Shown here: in pieces, positions 59,921 through 64,000 of the stretch
How positions within the stretch are numbered: position 1 is the first letter of the stretch
How the letters are laid out: each line of letters opens with the position of its first letter
Assembly: GCA_963675595.2 (NCBI GenBank)
Contig: CAXXLZ010000002.1
Location: 1,280,001-1,344,000 of the forward strand
Reading direction: 5' to 3'
Source: Thermodesulfobacteriota bacterium
GTDB lineage: Bacteria > Desulfobacterota > Desulfarculia > JACQYL01
Length of the DNA: 64,000 bases
Position numbers and translations under genes: made by a program
The notes under the pieces: generated by a model
Told to the model about the DNA's origin: nothing
The model's database searches: none
What the model saw: only the letters and a program-made list of their open reading frames with translations

Positions 59921-60622
59921 ATGCGGCAAAGAACCCTCGTCTGTATGCTGATATCGTTTGCTTTTCTTCTTCCTTACGTCTCGGGCGCCTACGCCCAAAC
60001 GTCCAAGTCCGACACGGCGGATCGCGTTCGTGAGGCCGTGTTGGTGCTCAAGGAGTTCCAGCAGAGTCCGGACCGGGAGGCCGCAGCCGGATTGATTCGG
60101 CGTTCCGCAGCCGTGGCCGTGTTTCCGTCGGTGTACAAGGGCGCGATTATCGTGGGGGCCCAGTTCGGCCGAGGACTGGTGTGCGCTTACGACAAGGAGA
60201 CCGGCGTGTGGAGCGCCCCCGCGTTTTTCACCTTGGGGGGCGGCAGCATCGGTTACCAGATCGGAGGACAGTCCGCCGACCTGATCCTGGTCATCACCAA
60301 CGAGCGGGGGCTCCGATCTCTGCTCAAAGGAAAGTTCACGTTGGGAGCGGACGCCTCCGTGGCGGCCGGACCCGTGGGCAGAACCGCCCAGGCGGACACG
60401 GACGTTCTTCTCAAGGCCGAGATCTACTCCTATTCAAGAACGCGCGGCGCTTTCGCCGGGGTCAGCCTTAAAGGAGCGGTGATCGCCTCGGATGATGAAG
60501 CCAACCGGGCCCACTACGGCAAGACGTTGTTCGCATCCGACATCCTCCTGGACCGCAAGGTCCTGCCCGAAGAGCAGGATATGGAGCTCATCCGGACGCT
60601 CAACACCTTCATGACGCCGTAA
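59921..60622 (+). CDS. Secreted SYLF/YSC84-domain lipid-binding protein
   Basis: GGAGG RBS; signal peptide; WSAPAF...GGSIGYQIGG, VAAGPVGR, YSYSRTRGAFAGVSL. Confidence 0.92.
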   Translation: MRQRTLVCMLISFAFLLPYVSGAYAQTSKSDTADRVREAVLVLKEFQQSPDREAAAGLIRRSAAVAVFPSVYKGAIIVGAQFGRGLVCAYDKETGVWSAPAFFTLGGGSIGYQIGGQSADLILVITNERGLRSLLKGKFTLGADASVAAGPVGRTAQADTDVLLKAEIYSYSRTRGAFAGVSLKGAVIASDDEANRAHYGKTLFASDILLDRKVLPEEQDMELIRTLNTFMTP

Positions 60623-60716
60623 CGCTTCCGTGCCGCCTCACGGCGTCCCGGAGAGGCCGAAAGCCGGTCCGGTTCCGCACCCTTTGTCTTGAACCCATTA
60701 CGCGAGGTAACGGCCC

Positions 60717-61841
60717 ATGTTCGGCCGACGTATTCGATTATTCGAGATTTTCGGCTTCGAGGTTAAACTCGACGCGAGTTGGATCATCATCGCCGTGCTG
60801 GTGGCCTGGTCCCTGTCCATGGGCTTCTTCCCCAGCAGGTTTGCCAACCTATCCCCGAGCGCCTACTGGTTCATGGGAGTGTTGGGCGTTCTGGGCCTTT
60901 TCGCCTCCATTATCGCCCACGAAATGGTTCACTCCCTCGTAGCCCGCAGGTTCGGTATTCCCATGCGGGGAATCACGCTCTTCATGTTCGGGGGCGTGGC
61001 CGAGATGAGCGCAGAGCCTCCCAGCGCCAAAGCCGAGTTTCTCATGGCCGCCGCGGGCCCTCTGACCAGCTTCCTCCTCGCCCTTGTGCTGCTGGCGTTC
61101 TACAAAGCGGTCGGCCGATTCCTGCCGATACCCGTGGCCGGCGTCATCCGATACTTGGCCATGATCAACGGAATTCTGGCCGTGTTCAATCTGGTGCCCG
61201 CTTTCCCTCTGGACGGGGGACGAATGCTGCGCGCCGTGCTCTGGGGCGTCAAGAAGAATCTTCGGTGGGCCACGCGCATCGCGTCACGCGTGGGAGAAGG
61301 CTTCGGCCTGGCCCTCATCATCCTCGGCGTCGTTCAGTTCGTCTCCGGTAATTTCATGGGAGGCATGTGGTGGTTCCTCATCGGCCTGTTTGTGCGCAGC
61401 GCGGCTTCCTCTTCCTACCGGCAGTTGATCGCGCGAAAAGCCCTTCAAGGAGAGACCGTCCAACGCTTCATGAATCCGCATCCCGTGACCGTACCTCCCC
61501 GGATCACCCTGGAACAATTGGTCCGGGATTACATCTATCGATATCATTTCAAGATGTTTCCGGTCATCGAGGGAGACCGCCTGGTGGGCTGCATCTCCAC
61601 CAAACAGCTTAAAGCGGTGCCGGAAGAAGAGTGGGGGCGCAAAACCGTGAGCGAAACGATCACGTCCTGTTCCCTGGAGAACTCCATCGCTCCCGACGCA
61701 GACGCCGTGACCGCCCTGTCCCAAATGAACCGCTACGGCTTGAGCCGCCTCATGGTGGTCCGGGGTGAAGAGCTCGAAGGAATCATCGCCCTGAAGGATT
61801 TGCTGGAATTCCTCTCCCTCAAGGTGGAACTGGAAAACTGA
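60717..61841 (+). CDS. Site-2 protease (M50) with CBS pair
   Basis: HEMVH, FGGVA, AAAGP, NLVPAFPLDGG; C-terminal CBS domains. Confidence 0.93.
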   Translation: MFGRRIRLFEIFGFEVKLDASWIIIAVLVAWSLSMGFFPSRFANLSPSAYWFMGVLGVLGLFASIIAHEMVHSLVARRFGIPMRGITLFMFGGVAEMSAEPPSAKAEFLMAAAGPLTSFLLALVLLAFYKAVGRFLPIPVAGVIRYLAMINGILAVFNLVPAFPLDGGRMLRAVLWGVKKNLRWATRIASRVGEGFGLALIILGVVQFVSGNFMGGMWWFLIGLFVRSAASSSYRQLIARKALQGETVQRFMNPHPVTVPPRITLEQLVRDYIYRYHFKMFPVIEGDRLVGCISTKQLKAVPEEEWGRKTVSETITSCSLENSIAPDADAVTALSQMNRYGLSRLMVVRGEELEGIIALKDLLEFLSLKVELEN

Positions 61842-61864
61842 TTGGCGGGCATTCAGAAGGGTGT

Positions 61865-62038
61865 CCGAGGGGACCCTCTCTGGAAAAAGAGTCCCCTCGG
61901 GTTCCTGCCAAAGACTTTCGGCATCTTACCATGTTGGACGGCGCCTGCTGCTCGTTTTGCGAATCGCGTACGCGATTCGCAAAAGCGCAACGGGGGTCCG
62001 GGGGGAGCCATGGGTCCCCCGGCGGCACACCCCGTGAA
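61865..62038 (+). repeat. Composite palindromic element, family B copy 1
   Basis: Hairpin CCGAGGGGA...TCCCCTCGG; perfect 30-bp palindrome 61955-61984; CCGGGGG...CCCCCGG hairpin; 61950-62023 nearly identical to 62813-62884. Confidence 0.85.
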
Positions 62039-62046
62039 CAGGTGTC

Positions 62047-62358
62047 CTACTTCTTCGCCTCCAATTCAGCGATCATCTCATCAACTTCTTCGTATCCGTT
62101 CTGGTAGAACTTTTCTTCCTCCGGATCCAGCGCCTTCAACAAGCGCAGAAATTCTCCGGCGTGCTCCCTCTCCTCATCGGCGATATCGGTCAGGACCATC
62201 TTGGCCAGCTCGTGGTCCGTGGATTCCGCAGCCTGCATGTAAAGCTGGATCGCTTCGTATTCGGCGGCGATCATGTATCGAATCACCCGGATCAGCTCCG
62301 GCTGCGTCAGCTTGCGGTCATTGGCAAGCCCCGAAAAGGGGTTGGCGAATTCCGGCAT
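62047..62358 (-). CDS. Short ferritin-like protein (EncFtn/half-rubrerythrin type)
   Basis: AAAGGAG RBS; AEYEAIQLY...DEEREHAGE ferroxidase-type motifs. Confidence 0.85.
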   Translation of the reverse strand: MPEFANPFSGLANDRKLTQPELIRVIRYMIAAEYEAIQLYMQAAESTDHELAKMVLTDIADEEREHAGEFLRLLKALDPEEEKFYQNGYEEVDEMIAELEAKK

Positions 62359-62812
62359 GGATTGTTTCTCCTTTCTCTCTCTGGAGGTGCAAAAGAAGTT
62401 GCCCCGCCCGCGATCCGCAAGCCCATCCCAAGGGATGGAAAGCGGCCCGTCTGCGGGGTGAACCATTGCGCGTTTGGTTTGTTGCCGCGTTTCCCCAAAG
62501 GTATTCGGTCGGTTTTCCTTCGACCCTCTCGCGGGCGACGCCGAGCAGGAACCCGCCCTTCCTCCGCAACCCGTCTGCAAGTCGAAAAAACAACCGTTTC
62601 GCACCTTCAAGAAGTCCTTACTATACAGAAAACTTGAGAAAGAAACCACCCGGTCGAGAATCGACGGCAACAGCCCTTTGAAGGAGTCCGGTTAAGGCTG
62701 AGCGTCGAAAAACAGTCATCGTTCACCGGGGAACGATATCACCCCGGCCACCCTGATGCGGGCTCATTCCCAATAACTTTCAAGTATTTTAATATGTTGG
62801 GCTGAACATACC

Positions 62813-62930
62813 GCTCGTTTTGCGAATCGCGTGCGCGATTCGCAGAAGCGCAATGGGGGTCCGGGGGGCCATGGGTCCCCCGGCAGGGGGGTGCAGGGGG
62901 ACAGTGTCCCCCTGCGGCGCACCCCGTGAA
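62813..62930 (+). repeat. Composite palindromic element, family B copy 2
   Basis: Direct-orientation copy of 61950-62038 with an extra hairpin GCAGGGGGACA-G-TGTCCCCCTGC. Confidence 0.85.
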
Positions 62931-63161
62931 TCCTCACCCTGCTTTCTTCCTCAGCCTCTCCACCGGTTTTCCCGGGGCCTAGGCCCTCGAATGAGCGTCC
63001 GGAATACAGGCTTGCTCGCGGCGCCATACATTGAAAACCGGATTCAATTCCAAACCTGAACCAAGTATTCAAGAAAGACAAAATGGAGACATCAATCCCG
63101 TGTGCGGGATCGCCCTTTCATCGGCGCTTACCGCCGCGAATCAACAGACAAGGAGAATTTC

Positions 63162-63557
63162 ATGCAGAAGATTGGAGAATTGTTCAAGAGCGACGATTTC
63201 AAGAACGAAAAACACGTTCCCGTCATTGAATGCACCGACCAGGCGGCGGCGGACGAGGTCTTTGAAATCAAGGTTTCCGTAGGCAAGGAGATCGCCCATC
63301 CCAACACCACGGCCCATCATATCCGCTGGATTCAGGTCTACTTCCTGCCGGAAGGCGAAAAGGCCGCCTACGAGGTGGGGAATTTTCAGTTCACCGCTCA
63401 CGGAGAGTCCACCAAGGGAGCCGACGAAGGTCCGGTTTACACCCATCACTGCGTAACCCTCGGCGTCAAGCTGAAGAACTCCGGAACCATCATCGCCACG
63501 TCTTACTGTAACATCCACGGCCTTTGGGAAAGCTCCAAGGGAATCAAGGTAGGATGA
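63162..63557 (+). CDS. Class II superoxide reductase (neelaredoxin-like)
   Basis: AAGGAG RBS; EKHVP, HPNTTAHHIRWI, YCNIHGLW. Confidence 0.93.
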   Translation: MQKIGELFKSDDFKNEKHVPVIECTDQAAADEVFEIKVSVGKEIAHPNTTAHHIRWIQVYFLPEGEKAAYEVGNFQFTAHGESTKGADEGPVYTHHCVTLGVKLKNSGTIIATSYCNIHGLWESSKGIKVG

Positions 63558-63935
63558 CGGGCACAAACCCGCTCGCAGGGGCATGGGCGCCCCGTCGCCT
63601 GCATGTCCCCTCCCCCAACCACGCCTTATACGGAAGCTCATTCCCACGCGTTCACGGGATATTCGGGAAACCTCATTGAGACAGGGTTTCCCGAACCCTT
63701 CCGAAAACTTGCTCAACGGGTTGCACGCTGCGCGTCGCAACCTGCTTGCTTTGACGGGCCGTTAAGAATGCACGCATCGGTTCCATCCCGATAGAGGAGG
63801 AGCCCGGAGGCGGTGTGACTAAATACGCTCATGTTACATGACAAGCCTCTCCGCCGAAGGCGGTGGGACCTGCTGAAAGGGTTTCCTCGAAGTGCCCCGT
63901 AATCGGAAAAAGAAATACTTGGCTTCTTAAACGTG

Positions 63936-63971
63936 TTGACAGAAAAAAACTCTTTAACCATAGTGCCCCTC
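63936..63971 (+). promoter_or_regulatory. Strong sigma70 promoter with GC-rich discriminator, directed out of the window
   Basis: TTGACA-N17-CATAGT followed by GCCCCTC; A-rich sequence upstream. Confidence 0.6.
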
Positions 63972-64000
63972 TCACCCCGCCGCGACTCCTCGATCATGGT

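Overview
GC-rich (roughly 58-60% by eye) chromosomal window, most consistent with an anaerobic Desulfobacterota (deltaproteobacterial) organism. I found no rRNA, tRNA, CRISPR array, integrase or transposase. Gene content in order: QueG-like Fe-S protein, hybrid PAS kinase, methyltransferase, a lexA-imuB-like-dnaE2 mutagenesis cassette, an RlmL-like methylase, an orphan BY-kinase/Wzz-like pair, and a frameshifted FG-GAP/FN3/dockerin surface protein. Next is a ~14.5 kb minus-strand chemosensory cluster (STAS-cheA-mcp-cheW-cheB-cheR-heme/CZB mcp-cheY-HK-RR) ending in an HD-GYP phosphodiesterase, with a SidJ-related pseudokinase divergent from it. Then come UspA, an MrfA-MrfB-like helicase-exonuclease fusion, an M48 peptidase, and a stress/sugar cluster (six-hairpin glycosidase-like, two GT4s, Balon-like baeRF, AF1514, PfkB, DUF5752, TreT). 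The window ends with a YbhGFSR-like exporter, a 10-heme OTR-family cytochrome, SYLF, site-2 protease, a ferritin-like protein and superoxide reductase. Two families of palindromic intergenic repeats are present. The strongest novelty candidates are the SidJ-like glutamylase-type pseudokinase and a CheA with an Arg-rich DRR-repeat insert in a c-di-GMP-linked chemosensory operon. All family calls come from recalled motifs, not from database searches.
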